DNA from: Monocercomonoides exilis PA203
Taxonomy: Eukaryota; Protista; Preaxostyla
Assembly (NCBI GenBank): GCA_001643675.2
Contig: LSRY02000034.1
Span: 124,001-188,000 of the forward strand
Direction of reading: 5' to 3'
Length of the DNA: 64,000 nucleotides
Below are positions 1-13,700 of the stretch, piece by piece. The stretch's first letter is position 1. Every line of letters starts with the position of its first letter. The notes under the pieces were generated by a model, which saw only the letters and a list, made by a program, of their open reading frames with translations, searched no databases and was not told the DNA's origin. Both the position numbers and the translations under genes were made by a program.

Positions 1-104
1 TGAAAAGCTGAAATGTTCAATGCAAAAAATGGAGGATAAGGAAAAAATGTAAGTTTTTTCACCATTCTTTTTATTTTTGGCTTTCTAATTGAAATTCCTC
101 CAAT

Positions 105-1200
105 TTCCTCAAATGCTCACAAAATAATCACAAACATCCAACGATAAATTACAATTATAATAACCTTGAAAAAACTCTAAAGTTTCAAGAAAGCACGTTT
201 TGTTATCTTCGTATCCTTCTTCTTCCATCTTTTCGAATATCTCCATTTTTATCTTCTTTCTTTTCTATTCTTCCACTTCATCTTTCCCCCTTTCTTTCAA
301 TTTCCTTAAAAAACGTGTAAAAAATACCAAGCTTTCATATATCATTTTGTCCTTAAACGTGCGCCTCTGAAACACTTCCAAAACAGCACAAACATCTCTT
401 CCTTTTAACAAGTCATTAATTTTCACAATTCTATTTTGTGTTGCATTTCTCAAGGAACAAATGCACCAGCTGTAAATTTCTCTTTCGTTTTCTCTTGCTG
501 CTCGAAGAACTTTTACAATGCTGTTGATAAGTCCAGCAAGTTCTTCATTCCAAAACCGACAGCAATCTAAGAAATCATACAATGTGTCGAACCATCTCTT
601 GATAAAACGCACTTCTTTCGCTTCCTTTCCTCCATTTTCCTCTTTTTTTCTCTCCCAATTCACGCACTTTGTCAGCTTTTCCAATTCTCTTTAAACCTCT
701 CTTGCAAAATACAGTTCGTTCGCAATAACTTTTTCCAAAGATCGATTGTTGTGCAATCTTGCAACCAAAAATTACCAAGCAGACTGATATGCAAGGTGCG
801 TCAAATTGTGATGTTCCTGATGATATTTCAGAATCTCTTTGGTTTCAGTAAAATACAGTTCTTTTTCAATTTTCCAATCAAAAAACAAGAAAAAAAAAAA
901 AAAAACATCAAAATTGGAAAAATGTTCTCAAACCTGATATCCAACATTGCTCAATGCAAGAAGAGCCATTTCCACTTCTTTTTGTGATTCTTCTTTTTCC
1001 TCTTTGTTCAAAGCAACTTTCAAAAGACAGTGCACACATATTAATAATAATTCAGAAGAAAACAATGTATTAAGCAAAAGATAGCATTCGTAAAGATCAG
1101 CCAGAAGCTTTTCATTTTTTCCCTCTTTTTTCTTTTCTTCATTCATTTCATCAACAACATCATTTATTTCTCCGATTTTCTGCTTTTGTTCATCATCTGC
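105..1200 (-). pseudogene. Family A lineage-specific helical protein, disrupted copy 1
   Basis: ORF fragments 928-1146 (KNEKLLADLYECY...CLLKVALNKEEKEESQKEVEMALLALS) and 265-684, ending MEEEGYED, match the copies at 4.4-5.8 kb and 38.7-40.2 kb. Frameshifts, stops and an internal deletion are present. Ends approximate. Confidence 0.8.
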
Positions 1201-2679
1201 ATTCTTTCTTCAGTATTTTCATAATCGTGTGCACTCATTCTTCTTGTTGAAAAAAATAATCAAAATAAGGGGCAGAGCTTGATTGGCAACAAAATAAATG
1301 AAAATTCAAACATCGTTTGTTGATTATCTGAAAAAAAGAAAGGGATCTAACACAAACTATTTTGATTTTGCTTTCAAATAGACGTGCAAAAGAAATTTAC
1401 ACTAAATCACAAGGATTGGCCGTAAAAGTCAAAGATAATAATCTTCAGTTTCTTTTTGATCAAATCAACAAAAAGTTATTCGAAAACTATTCTTCTAAAA
1501 AAATTAGTGAGTTCATTCTTTTTCAACAAGCCATTTTCTCCTCTATTAGGAATTGAATTTATTTTTCTTTTTTATGAAATAGGAATTCTTTTTGAGGAGA
1601 TTTTTTTCAACAGGAAAATCAAATTCTTGAAGGAAAAATTTAACTTTTTTGTAATTGAGAAGTATAAAAATGAAAAAATCATCACACATTGTGATTCGTT
1701 TTGATTTACTTTCATTAGTACTAATATTTGCTTCTATTTCGAACAACTCATTGGATTGCTAAAGACCAAAAGAAACGAATTTCAGAAAATCAAAATGAAT
1801 CTGCAGTACAAAAGAATTATCATATCTTTGCAATATAACACGAAAGAAAACAATCAGAATGGAAGAGGATCGAGGATAAATGATTCATGGCGAAAATGGA
1901 ATTATAGATTTGGAAATTGATAATTTTAAGAATAACAATTTGGCAAGTTGCAACAGAAAAGATGCAGATCCTCGGGTTTTATTGTATTCCAACATCATAA
2001 GATATTTTGTTGCTACTTGGTAAATATCAAAAACTATGGCTGCCAAAGCAACTTTATTTCAGTTGAAAAGAAAGTTCGTGAGGAATACAATGAAGACCCC
2101 CTTTCTTTTGAGATTAGTGCAGAAAACACTTTGGAGAGTTTTTTGATTTCCAATCTCTGCAGTCAAGATTGCAACTGAATTTGAATTTGTAACTCAAAAA
2201 GAACGAAGAGACGCTCGAAAGGCATTCTGATCCACATTCTGAAGAAATTTTTTGAGCAAGCTCAATCTTCCTTTCACAATCATGAAACACTTTCATTGAC
2301 TTTGACGATATCAGCTGAACGCAAAGGTGTTTAATGTTATTAAGAATCCATTCAAACACCTTGAAAGCCCATCCTTTTTTTTTTATCAATCTCTCTTTCT
2401 AAAGAAATACTCATTTTATTGATTTGCACTGCAACTTGTTGAATGCTTTGCCTTTGGCGTCATCTTTTTCGCTGAGCTCGCAGTCCATCATAACATTCCC
2501 TTCAACTACCGTTGTATTCTCCGAAGAATGTGTTTTTCACAGAAATTGGAGCTGATATTATTTAAAATGGATTCAGATTCTTCTGTCAGACACGAAAACA
2601 GAAAGGATCCCATCATTCACGTTTCAAATTCTTCTTCTCAACTTCTTCTGCGAATATTGCGTGTCAAATCTGGTAATTG

Positions 2680-2836
2680 TTATCATCATCATCTTCCTCC
2701 TCTTCTTCTTCCTCTTCCTCTTCATCATCATCATCATCATCATCATCATCTTCTTCTTCTTCTTCTTCTTCTCCTTCTCCTTCTCCTTCTCCTTCTTCTT
2801 CTTCTCCTCCTCCTCCTCCTTCCTCTTCTTCTTCTT
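2680..2836. repeat. Compound (TCT/TCA/TCC)n microsatellite
   Basis: Seen directly; it explains the poly-S, poly-L and poly-F ORFs in three frames. Confidence 0.95.
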
Positions 2837-3369
2837 TGCTTTTTTTCCCTTTAATAATTCAATTCTTTCGGAATTCTTCTTTGCTTATTTCGCATCATCT
2901 GATAAAGATGCAAAACGTGAGGAAATCAAAAAACAATCACAATTCTTCATCATTGCGTGAATGAAAAGCATCAACAGTCAACGAGATGATGAGAGGGGTG
3001 CAGAAAAGAAATGTGAATACGAACATAATTAATTGGCTGTCCTTCGACAACGTTGAGGAAGAGAAATGGGGGGGGGGGGGGAAGTTGTCATTCATTCAGT
3101 TATTCTCATGTTGCAGATGATGAGGCTGATTAAATGCAATCATTAATGATTGGTGCACAAAATCCAATAAATCATTCATTTGCATAAAGATGGGAGTATG
3201 ATAATGAATTTGTTGAATGATGAGGACAATTAAAAATAAAAAAAAGAAAAAAATGGTGATTTTTTTCGATGCGAGTAGCGAAATTGAACCAACCAAACAA
3301 AAAAAATGATAATTGCCTTTCTCATTCAAATGGCAGATGCTTTGAACAAAAAAATTCCGAGGCAACTGG

Positions 3370-4055
3370 CCCAGAGTCTGTGATAAGCAATTGGCATCTG
3401 ATTATTGATCGTGTTGTTGTTGCTCTTCTTCCATCTTTTGAAGCAAAAGCGGAATCAAAGAAAGAATTCCTTCGTTTTCCATAGCTCTCTAGCGGAGTCC
3501 AAGAAACAGGAAAACCTTATAAATAAAAATGTTGTTTTGGTGGTCCTCTTTTTTCATCGAAATTTTGCCTGTTTTGTGATAAATATCCTTCCCTTGATAT
3601 TGTCAGTTGCTTTCCTTGAACAAAAAGCTTCTCCTTTCCTTATATTCCAAAACACTTCATAATTATGTGCAGATTTTGTCCTTCACATAACACCATCCTC
3701 TTTTGTCTTCATTTAATAAAACATCAGTTGAATTTGTTTTCACCTCTTGCACTAAATAAAAATCATGTATCTTGCGTAACTTCATTTATTTCCCAATGGC
3801 TATGTAATAATCTGCTCCATTCTCATCGTATTGCTCTCCAAAGTGGAGATTGGCCATTTCAACAATAACTCACATTCCTGCACTTTCGAAAGGATACAGA
3901 CGGAAATATCTTCACAATCAATAGGACTATAAAAATCACATTCATTATATCTTTTTGTGTTTGATGAAATTGTTGTATTCTCCTTGGCCATCCAATTACC
4001 TAAAATAATCAGGCAGAATTTCAAAAATATTGCATCTCCACCATTGTCTGTTGTC
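3370..4055 (-). pseudogene. Module C: decayed coding relic upstream of and divergent from family A; inverted paralog of 40750-41420
   Basis: The reverse complement aligns nearly ungapped with 40750-41420 (e.g. ATGGTGGAGATGCAATATTTTTGAAATTCTG; GGAGCAGATTATTAYATAGCCATTGGGAAATAAATGAAGTT). Differences are biased to synonymous sites in one frame. Confidence 0.65.
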
Positions 4056-4347
4056 ACACAGGAAATAATATTCTTTGTTCTACAGGTAATGTTCATTCAC
4101 GGATTTCTCAATCAGTGAATGGAATATTCCAGTTTCAAGATGAAAATTCGATCACGGAATCCATAACAAATAAAGAAAAAATTTAAACGTTGGTTTTCTC
4201 GAAGCTAGTTTGTCAAAAACGCAAATGCAAAAAGTGATGGTATGAACACATATTTTTTAAGCTTTTTTAAGTTTAACCTATTCATCAATTTCTTCAATCC
4301 AATCAAATGAACTTTCATTGTGAATATCAAAATGGTGTTGTTTTCTG

Positions 4348-5778
4348 AATGAAAATTTCTACAAAAAATCTAGGAGACAGACAACACAAAAAAGTTCAAT
4401 AGTGTGCATTCATTGTTCACGAAATTCTTTTTGATTGGATTTCTTTCTTTTTTTTTTTTTGAAGAATTGTTTTCTGAGCTGGAAGGCTACACCGAAATTG
4501 AACAGAAGCAGAAAATGCAAGAAATGAATGAAATACTTGATGCAATGAACGATAAAGAATTTGAATCAGTTTTCACAGAAGAACTGTTCAACAAAATTCA
4601 CAAAATGATTGAAGAAAAGAAATTGTTATCTGGAAATATAGCCATGTTGCTGAAGCATATGGGATATTGGAAAACTATGAAAAGCGTGTATGTTAATGGA
4701 TTTAATTGTTCATTGCTTTTCGAAAGATTTGAGGAGACGATCGCTGAAGAAGAGAAGAAAAAAAAAAGAAAAGAATAAAAAGCTCTTGGTTGATCTTTGT
4801 GAATGTTATTTGATGCTCTCTAATTGTATTGTTTCAACAGATATTGTTTCAATCTGCGTGCCTTGCCTTTTGAAAGCTGCATTGAACAAGGAGGAAAATG
4901 AGGAGATTCAAAAAGAAGTTGAAATAGCTTTGTTGGCTTTGAGTTGCATACAAACAGAACGTGTATGATCATTTATGTTTCATTTTTGATATTGCTATTA
5001 TTTTTCTTATTTCTTATCAGTTTGTTAAAAACGAACTGTATTTGACTGAAATCAAAGAAATCATCGAATATCATCAAGAACATCGCAACCTGACACGGCT
5101 TGCCTATCAATCTGTTTAGCAATTTTTTATATACAGATTCTTCAGTGATGACAGTTTGGAAGAAGTTATTATGAATGGGCTGCATTTTGTGGGAGAAGCA
5201 AGAAGAGAACTAGAAGAACTGGTTAGAAATGTTGATTGGAAGAAAAATGGAGAGGAAAAGAAGAAAAGAAAAGGAAGAAGTTATCTTTTTAAAGAAATGG
5301 CTCAAAGTGTTAAATCCTAATTTGTTGACATGCAAATTGTGGAGTGAAGAATCAGTTGGACTTATGAGCTGTATTGTGAATGTATTTGAGGCAGCGAAAG
5401 AGAATTACAGAGAAATAAGCGAAAATTGCATTGAATCATTGAAATATTCAGCGTATAACAATACAGTGAGAGTTGAGGATTTACTGAAGAGCAGAGCCGT
5501 TGATTTGGCCTTGAAGATAATAATTCAATTTGGCACTTTTGAAAAAATTATTAAGTACTCTGTGGTATTTTTCCGGAATATTTGCATGCAATTGAAGGGA
5601 ATGAACATTAAGGAAAACGATGAAGCCAAACGAAAAGAGGTGAAAAGAATGATGTTTGAAAAAACGGAAGAAGAAGGATACGAGGACTGTATCGGAATGC
5701 TGAGTCAGTGAATGGCGAATGTTACGTTACAGAGTCAGTATTATTTTATTTAAAATTTCAAACATTATTTTGTGTTTT
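4348..5778 (+). pseudogene. Family A protein, disrupted copy 2
   Basis: ORFs 4404-4778, 4690-4968 and 5229-5711 are consecutive pieces of one protein (ELFSELE...KLLVDLCECY...EVEIALLALS...YHQEHRNLTRLAYQS...EEEGYED). They are broken by frameshifts, e.g. in the A-run near 4760. Introns near 4402-4464 and 4962-5020. Confidence 0.85.
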
Positions 5779-7729
5779 GTTGATTCATGTGAATTTTTAT
5801 TTGTTCTTTTCCTTTTTTTATTTAAAGTAGCAAAAGTCGAAAAAAATAGCATGTTATGTCTCACAGGTCTGCCTGAAAAAATGAAAAAGGTGATTATGAA
5901 TATTAGGACATTTGCATATTACCAAAACGTTCAGAATATTTTTCTTGTTTTTTCATTTATTTTTCATCTCATAGAAGCAAAAGTACAATATTGATCATAA
6001 ACGATGTGAAAATAAATAGTGAGATACATATCATCTTTTTTGATAAAAAAATGAATAAATCTCTTATCAAAGAATTTTGAAATATACAGATATCGCAAAA
6101 AATACCGGACAAAAATAAAAAATAAGGTTCGATCAAAAAAATGAGAGCAAAATAATTTCAAATACATACGCATTTCATCGAAAAATATTGCATATTTTGT
6201 TAAGCTTGAAATTTGATGAAAAATGATGTCTTTAATAATTTATGGGATATTTTTTGGAAAACAAATTGATTCAAATTGCAAGTTATTTAACAATAGTGGC
6301 AAAGAACTTTTGAAATTGAAAGTTATAAATGAAATATTTTCTAAAAAGTTAAATTTGCGTACAGAGAACAGGTAGTATTGTTTCATTTTTATATTCTGAT
6401 ACAAAATTAAATAAACAATTTTCATCGTTCGAAGGAAAATGAATTGTGTGACAACTGAAAAATTCTTAAAGCAATACAAGTTTTTATTGTCGTTTTCATT
6501 GCAACAAGAATTAAACAAAATGAAACGAAATTTTTTAACATTTGTTTTATGAGTCAATAAAAATGGATGTATGTGATCAATTTTAACTGTTGTAATCTGA
6601 AGGATTTATCTGTTTGAAGATTTGACATCTTGAAAATGAAACAATCAATTCATTAAAATGTGTTTTTCTATCTGATAGAATATTGAAGTTTTGGAATACA
6701 GTTGGAGAGAAAACATGTTGTTGAAACAATCTATTTTGCATTTCTGCATCTTATGAATCATTTGTTTTTTGTTATCGAAACGTTTTGCTATTAAGTCGAT
6801 TCATTTTTTGTTCAAAACACGCTTTTCTCAATTGTTGATCAAAGTGAATCGAATTCACTTTTTTTTGAAAAATAACATCTGATTGTTAAAGCATTTGGAA
6901 GCCATTCAGGTTTTTCATGATAATAAATAAGGAAAAATTGTAATGTTTATATTCGCTTAAAAGAAAAACACAAATATTCTTTTATAAGTTATTTACACTT
7001 TTTTAAAAAAATTCGTTTGAAACAATTTGATGTGTCAGAGAAATGTTTCAAATGTGAAAAAGAGCAAAATAAAATTATCTCATCTCACAAATTGTCTATC
7101 TTTTGAAATTGAAAAATTTTCGACATGGGTCATTCTTTTTGAAAAGTCGCTACAGATCAAAAAATAGAACCATGAAAGTTAAAAAAAAAACACTCCGTTA
7201 CCATTATACAAATGAAAATATTAATCTTTCACAGTGATGTTTGTTGGCTCATAACAAACTTCTTTATGAGAAGATATATTCTTTTTCAAAAAATTATGTA
7301 TCAAATTTTTTGATCAAAATATAAATTTTTGTTTTTCAATGAAAAAGGGTTTCACTTGATTGAACTCCTTTGCAATTCTAAATAAATAAAATAAACATGG
7401 TGTATTTCGATTATTTTTCCTGATATACTAAATTTTCAATGTTAATTCATAATTTTATTTGAATAGTATTTTTCTTTGTGTATTGCATACCTAAACTTAA
7501 CATGAAAGTGAAGATAGAACGCATAAGGAAGATTAACATTAATAATGGATAAATAAAACGGTTTTTGTTAAACTTTGGTATGAACGTTTCATTTTTCAAT
7601 GGATTATTAAAACTTTCTTTTTTTGCTTGATAAGTTTCCAGAAGATAGTTAACATTTATAACATCAATTATTTATGCAAATTACAATGCAAAAAATTTAT
7701 CGTTATCTTAATGCGGAAGCATTTCACAG

Positions 7730-8360
7730 GCTAGAAGAGGCTCGATGATGCTGTGTGTGGGAGTGGCGAATAAAGCGTATTTGCAAAAGGATTTTGCAAT
7801 AACCGATTTTCCTTGACATTCCACAGTTATGGTGGAGGAATTCACCTTCAATTGTTACTGAAAATCCCAGCTTCTTGATATCCTTTTCATTCGGAATAAA
7901 TACAGCCAAGTGGGGAAGATATATCTTTGTTTTTTCGCCTTATCTGGAAGAAATTGCAACTTCAAGAAAAATTGCACGTGCCACAGCCTCTTTAGATTCT
8001 ATTGACAAAGTGAGAGGATATGACAATGGAAATACGAGTTTAGCAATCCCTCTGTGCATGTATCTCCTTTCAAACCTAGAAGAAATATATGTGAGCAATA
8101 TTGTTGCATCAAACCATTCACACTGTGGAATTGTCCAATTCCCCTGAATGATTTTGAAGCAATAACTCACAAGGCAAACAGAAGAAAAGAAAGTTGTTGT
8201 GAATGGAATGATTTAGATGAGCGATGAATTGGCCTTAGCTGGACAGAAACATGAAATACGAGGAAATGATGATCAAAGTGGCTGGACAGTCTCCGATTCA
8301 AGTGAAACATCCAATTCAGTGATGATCACAACAAGTGTTAAAACAATCTTTTCAAAACTT
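7730..8360 (+). pseudogene. Fragment of the giant Cys/Gly-rich surface receptor family
   Basis: ORF 7875-8147 (SFGINTAKWGRYIFV...GYDNG...IPLCMYLL...IYVS...HCGIVQFP) resembles the F..N.A..G.D.F / V....D...CG....PC repeats of the 46657-53688 protein. Stops on both sides. Confidence 0.6.
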
Positions 8361-8479
8361 ATCTTCTCTTTTCAATCTTCTCTCTCTTCACACTCTATTT
8401 TCGTTTCATCGTATTCTTGTTCGACATCATCTCTCTTCCTCCTCTTCTTTTTCTTCTTCTCTGCCAAACACGATCATCT

Positions 8480-10560
8480 GAACACTGATTAGCGGGCGAT
8501 TCTCTTGCACACACACCTCTTCCTTCGTCACCGTCCACTTAACACACTGGCAACATCACCCAATCACGCTCTCAAACACACTCTTCTCCTCCAACCGCCA
8601 CAATATCATCGGCATGTCCACATCCGCTCGGTGCAGGTTCTCCTTCTCCAGAAACTCCAGCGACATTTCTTTCCCTCCTCCTTCGACACATCACACCAAT
8701 CTCTCCGCTCTGCCTCCAGCATCCTCCATTCTGCTTCCACCATCACCTTGTTCCCTTCCTCTCGGCTGCTGCGCACAACAGCCCCGGCATCACCACCTGC
8801 GCAGGATAATGCACAAACTCCCCACTCCTCGAGAAATAAAATACATATTGCAGCATCTGTGTTCCACACTCTTCCAGAACAATGCTCTATGTTTTCCTTG
8901 CACAACCAGTTTGAAGCGGGACCAAACCTACAAGAAACTTGCATCCTCACATCCACCAACCTCTGCGCTGATATCGTACTCAACAACACCACGTATTACA
9001 CATGCTCCAGAACTGCATGCATCTTATCTTCCTCAGCATTCTTCCTCGCCTTCTTCCCTTTCTCATTCACTTTTCACACTTCATTAACATCAAACGCAAA
9101 CTCTTGCACAATCATCTGTTTCATCTCCGCGAGTTTGTCTTGCCCATATAACTCCAACTCTTTCTTCTCTTCTTTTTCTTTTCCTTCTTCTTCTTCTTTC
9201 TTTACATCGACAATCTCCATATCCTTCACATACAGCATAGTTGCTGTGTTTTTGCTACAAATTGCAGAACTTCCTCATCGTCCGATAATCTCAAATTCCT
9301 TCTCCATAGAAGCCGGTCACATACTAACATCTTTAAATCCTTCTGAAAACTCCCCAGTCGTAAAATAATCTGCGCATTTTATCGTATTTGCTGGCACAAA
9401 AGGAAGAACCCTCACACACCCACGAATATCATGTGCTATCCCTTCTTCTGCTCCCGCAAGCAGATTCTTCGCATTATCTAGATAGAAATGGCTCCGCTCA
9501 TTTAAATCAGTTTAAAAAAACGCTATGTGATGATATTATTTCTCTATCAACTTCTTCGAATGTTTCACCTCCTGAAACTTCGCAACATGCGTTATCTCTT
9601 CCTCATTACCTCTAAAAGAAATATTAGCACATGCAGAAGATAAAGCAGCAGAAGAAGAAGAAATAAAGGCATAATACACTTTCTCTGCCACCATCTTCAA
9701 CAACATCGGAACACCCATCTGAGCATCCGCTGAAAAAGCGCGGACAATCTGCAATGGCCCACGAAGTATCGCAACTTCATTGATCGACCGGCACATATCA
9801 TTAGACTGCCTTCTCTGAATGAACTCCTCTTCTGCGCCGAGCTTCTTGTCTAATGCGTTGAACGATTCCTGCTCCTTCGCTGTCTGCACCTCTGCCTGTC
9901 TCACCTCTTCCAACCCGGTCAGCTGCGTCTCGGTATCAAACGCCCCGCAAACACTCGACCAAACACATGCACAAGCTTCATCGCTGTTCTGTTGACCAGA
10001 ATCTTCTTTTCATTGTCTTCTTCTGCTTTTTTGTTTACACCTTTGTGTCACCTCAAATATCTCTTCCGATGTCGTTAAAGTTGTGACCAAATCATTTGCG
10101 TTTCTTTCCAACAGATGCTGCCACTTCACAACACAGCTTCCGAAGATGAAAAGGGATATCTGTATTTGCATGACTTATCAGCTCCTTTCGACCTATTCAG
10201 ATGCCGCAACCAAACTCACACTTCTCTGCTTTTCCTCGAACCCTTCTACAAGCGTACAAAACTTATCAGTCAAGTCTCTCACCTTTGCCTTCTTTATTTT
10301 TACACCATTCCTAATCCCATGTGGAACCAAGATCTCCAAATACTCCAGAGCCAAATATCTCTTCGTCGTTGAGCCTTAGCCAGATCTCCGCCATTTTACC
10401 AGTACATCCAGCCGGCTTCTCAAAAGCTGCATGTTCATCTCTTCCAGCACTTTCATCGTCTGCCCATATGCAATTTGCAGCGCTTTCAACCGCAGGATTT
10501 TTTTGGATCAGTGCACAGATCGTCAATCCACACCTTATAGGAAAACCACAAACATACCGA
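8480..10560 (-). pseudogene. Decayed unknown protein-coding sequence
   Basis: GC-richer, purine-rich minus strand with interrupted frames (ORFs 8606-8992, 9536-9913, 10311-10526). No domain recognised. The long + ORF 8505-9368 looks like its antisense shadow. Confidence 0.4.
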
Positions 10561-10745
10561 TTTTCTGATAGAATTCTTCTTCTTCTTCTTCTTCATATTC
10601 TTCAATGAATATTGCATCATTATCAAAAGAAGGAAAATCCAACACTTTACTACAAACTCAATCGCAAATTAAACCCCAAAGCCAATCTTTGCTTACATCT
10701 TCCTCTTTCATTCTTCCTCCAATTGGTTCAGAAAACTATTAATCC

Positions 10746-10910
10746 TTCTTCTTCTAATTTAAATTTTCTTTTTCTTTTTCTTCTTCTTTTTCTTCTTCTT
10801 CTTCTTCTTCTTCTTCTTCTTCTTCTTCTTCTTCTTCTTCTTCTCCATCTCCATCTTTATCTCCATCGCTTTCTTCTTTACTTTCTTCATCATCATCTTC
10901 TTCTTCTTCA
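10746..10910. repeat. (CTT)n microsatellite / low-complexity tract
   Basis: Seen directly. Confidence 0.95.
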
Positions 10911-11239
10911 TGTTTCACTCAGCTCAAAAATAACAACTTTCTTGCCCAACTTCTTCATCGAATTTGCCTTTTCCCTCAATTATTGTCAAACGATCAACTG
11001 ATTTTTACAACTGCTCCACATCTCCAGTTATTTCAATTCGACTTTTCATTAAAGAAATACTCAAACACTCATATTCTTTTCCTACTGTAACATTCTTATT
11101 TCTCACGTATCCCAATGTAACACAGCAGGCACGCAAAGCGAGTGCAGAGTACATCATCTGTGGCAGATGACACTCCGAGGAAATCACTGTCTATTTCTTC
11201 ACTTTCACAAACATCAGCCGAGCCCAGGCGCATCCACAA

Positions 11240-12060
11240 TCAGCAGCTCCGTCGCTTCTTCCTGCTTCCCCTGATTCTCTTTGATTCATTCCACAAACTT
11301 TCTGTGCGCTGTCGGATACCCGCCTTGGTCCTCATTCCCATCACCTCCCTCTCTCCCTCCATCTTTGCATCCATCTTCTTCTCCCTTTTCTTCTCCCTCT
11401 TTGTCTCCCTCTTTGCCTCCCCTTTCTCCTTCCTCTTCCTCTTCTCGCTCCTCCAGCACAGCCAGCGCAATCGCTGCTGGAGACAGAACCACATCCTCCA
11501 TCCTCAGCCCCGCTGCCGACAACCCCTTTTCTTCAATCTTCCCCACTTCACACACTGCAACCCCTCGCCCCATCACTTCCTCGTCCAGTTTCACCTCCAC
11601 ACGCCTCGACTGTGGCGATCGCCATATTTGCAGCGACGGGTCAAACAGATCGTAGATCGACGGGAACGCATTCACACCTACCGCTGCAAAGATCCGCTTG
11701 CTCCCCAACTTCGTTCCCACCGACGCTACAAGCGACGGAAGCTGGGCAACTACCTGAACTGAAAGCATCACAGATGTCTCCACATCGTGGGAAGGTACAT
11801 TATCCCCATATATCACCACCAGCCGCGCTTCAGCATATCCCTTCAGTGTCTGTTGCTCCCTCAGCAACGATATCTTTTAATTTGCATTCACTTCAGCCGC
11901 TTCAGGCCCACAATCCGCAGCCTTCTCTTGATGTAATTCATCGCTGCTGCCAACGTGAATGATTCCGCCACCTCCGATGCATCCGAAGAGTCAATCGCAC
12001 GAGCTGATGATGAAGATAAAGATGAAGATGGCTTATCATCTCATGCTTTTGTCTTCTCTT
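11240..12060 (-). pseudogene. Family B unknown protein, copy 1
   Basis: ORF 11286-11867 (LKGY...HDVETSVMLSVQVVAQLPSL...RIFAAVGVNAF...SPQSRR...MEDVVLSPAAIALAVLEE). The DNA blocks CGCAATCGCTGCTGGAGACAGAA and CGCATTCACA recur at 25.6-25.9 kb and 31.8-32.0 kb. Confidence 0.7.
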
Positions 12061-13329
12061 CGCTCCTCAATCACAGAAATAGCAAAGAATACATGAGTGC
12101 TTATCTCTCTCTCGAAAAAGAAGATGTGACGATGATGAAGAAGAAGATGGATGCAAAAAGCGAAGAGACAACTGACGCACAATCCGGTCCGCAAGAAGAT
12201 TTTTGTTTAAAAGGCTTTGTAATTGAAGGTTGCTCCAAAAACTGTTCAAAAGCAATATTTGCATTCAAGAATGATGCATCAATACACAACAGAGAAGAGA
12301 TGTTTTAAATAAAGAAATTATTGAGGAGGACTTCTTCAGATGATGAATTCAGTTGAAATGATATGATACATAATGCAATTGTGGAAATGAAACAATTCAG
12401 GATGTGATTCATGATTTGAATCAAAAATTATGAAACAAGTTCATTTTTTTTAAATCATTTCCATATGCTGTACAATGAAAAATTGCTTGTCACTTTTCAT
12501 ATTTCAGCATTAATTCAAACTTTAGTCTATGCACTCAACTATTAAAATACAATTCAATTTTTAAAAGCAATGAATTGACGAATTTTTTATAATTATTAGT
12601 TTTAAGAATTTTATTCCAATGCAAGCTTTTTTTATCTATACAATTTCTAACAAAGTGAAATGGAAAAAGTAATATTGATATTCAAAAAATAAAAATGTTC
12701 ACTCAAATGGATGAAGTGAAAAAACGGAAAATAACTTTTCATTATTGTTTGTCTCTTATATCAACAAAAAGTGCATTTTCCTACAAAAGCATGATAAAAA
12801 AATAAAAACTTCATATGATGCTGGTGTTATTGAAACTTAATATTTGTGAATCAGTGTTATAAACAATAATACAAAATATTTCTCTTAATATTTTGGGAAC
12901 GGAATGATCAAAATTATTTGATCATTTTTGATCTCTTTTTCAGATCAATTAAACGTTTGCGACTTTTCAAAAAGAATGACACACATTTCTGCGCTCTTCC
13001 TCGTTTTTCTCGATAGCTTTTTCGCTGCATTCTCCACATGAAACATAATCATATTCCTTGAAATAGAATTAACTTCTTCTTCTTATTTAAACCTCTCAAA
13101 CTTCTTCTTTCTTTCCTCTTCGCCTCAATCATAATCACCAGATCAACCCAACTACTCATCTATTATCTTCAAAGCTTGAAAATAGCTTTTCATCCCGATC
13201 CTCACCTTTTCAATAGCCAACTGCTCCGTGACAAACAACGTCTTTGAACTGCAATGCCAACAAACAGCCGCTGACAGTGTGTGTATCTCATTTGCTTCAT
13301 CTGCCTCTACCAATACATTATCTGTGAGC

Positions 13330-13700
13330 TAAACACACTCTCTGGATGTTGCGTGAACGAGTATATGACTTTTGGAGGAAGAGGTGGAGCTCTCATTATT
13401 GAGTACAAGGATGATTCAGAAGTGTTAGAATCCTTCTTTATTATAGCATATTTCGTGTTTTCAGCCAACAACGTGAGTATCAGAAGAGATACGTATTTTG
13501 TGAGTGAATCCATTATTGCTTATGCAAATGAACCCTTATTTGCCTTCATGAAAAGCATAACTCAGAAAGCCAACTCTATTTTTGGAAATGAGAGAACTGA
13601 AGTATTCGAAGAATGGGATTTCGATTTACTCACATTTATCGATGGATAAAAAACTGAGTAGGTGAACATCGTTGGAACATTTGAAGTCGAAAAAGAAATA
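13330..13700 (+). pseudogene. Fragment of the giant surface receptor family
   Basis: GCCVN...GGRGGALII...FSANNVSIRRDTYF...NSIFG...DLLTFI parallels C....GRGGGMLI...FMMNEAHVGKDMFI...NSICG...DLIPWI in the 46657-53688 protein. Confidence 0.65.

Larger units (their letters stand above)
7127..12982. mobile_element. Candidate non-autonomous TIR element E1 (5.86 kb) carrying gene fragments
   Basis: Left end GGGTCATTCTTTTTGAAAAGTCGC (7127-7150) matches the reverse complement of 12959-12982 at 23/24, with 22 bp perfect. ACAT flanks both sides (7123-7126, 12983-12986). No transposase recognised inside. Confidence 0.6.

Noticed and set aside
2528-2964. Poly-S, poly-L and poly-F ORFs here, and similar ones at 10612, 22069, 26564 and 38150
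   Set aside because: Products of microsatellites or homopolymers.
11760-11830. VVIYGDNVPSH in family B resembling the IS630/pogo DDE motif DNAxxH
   Set aside because: Not conserved in the other two copies (GVACTYDVV, YVVYAHDVV), and no other DDE motifs were found.
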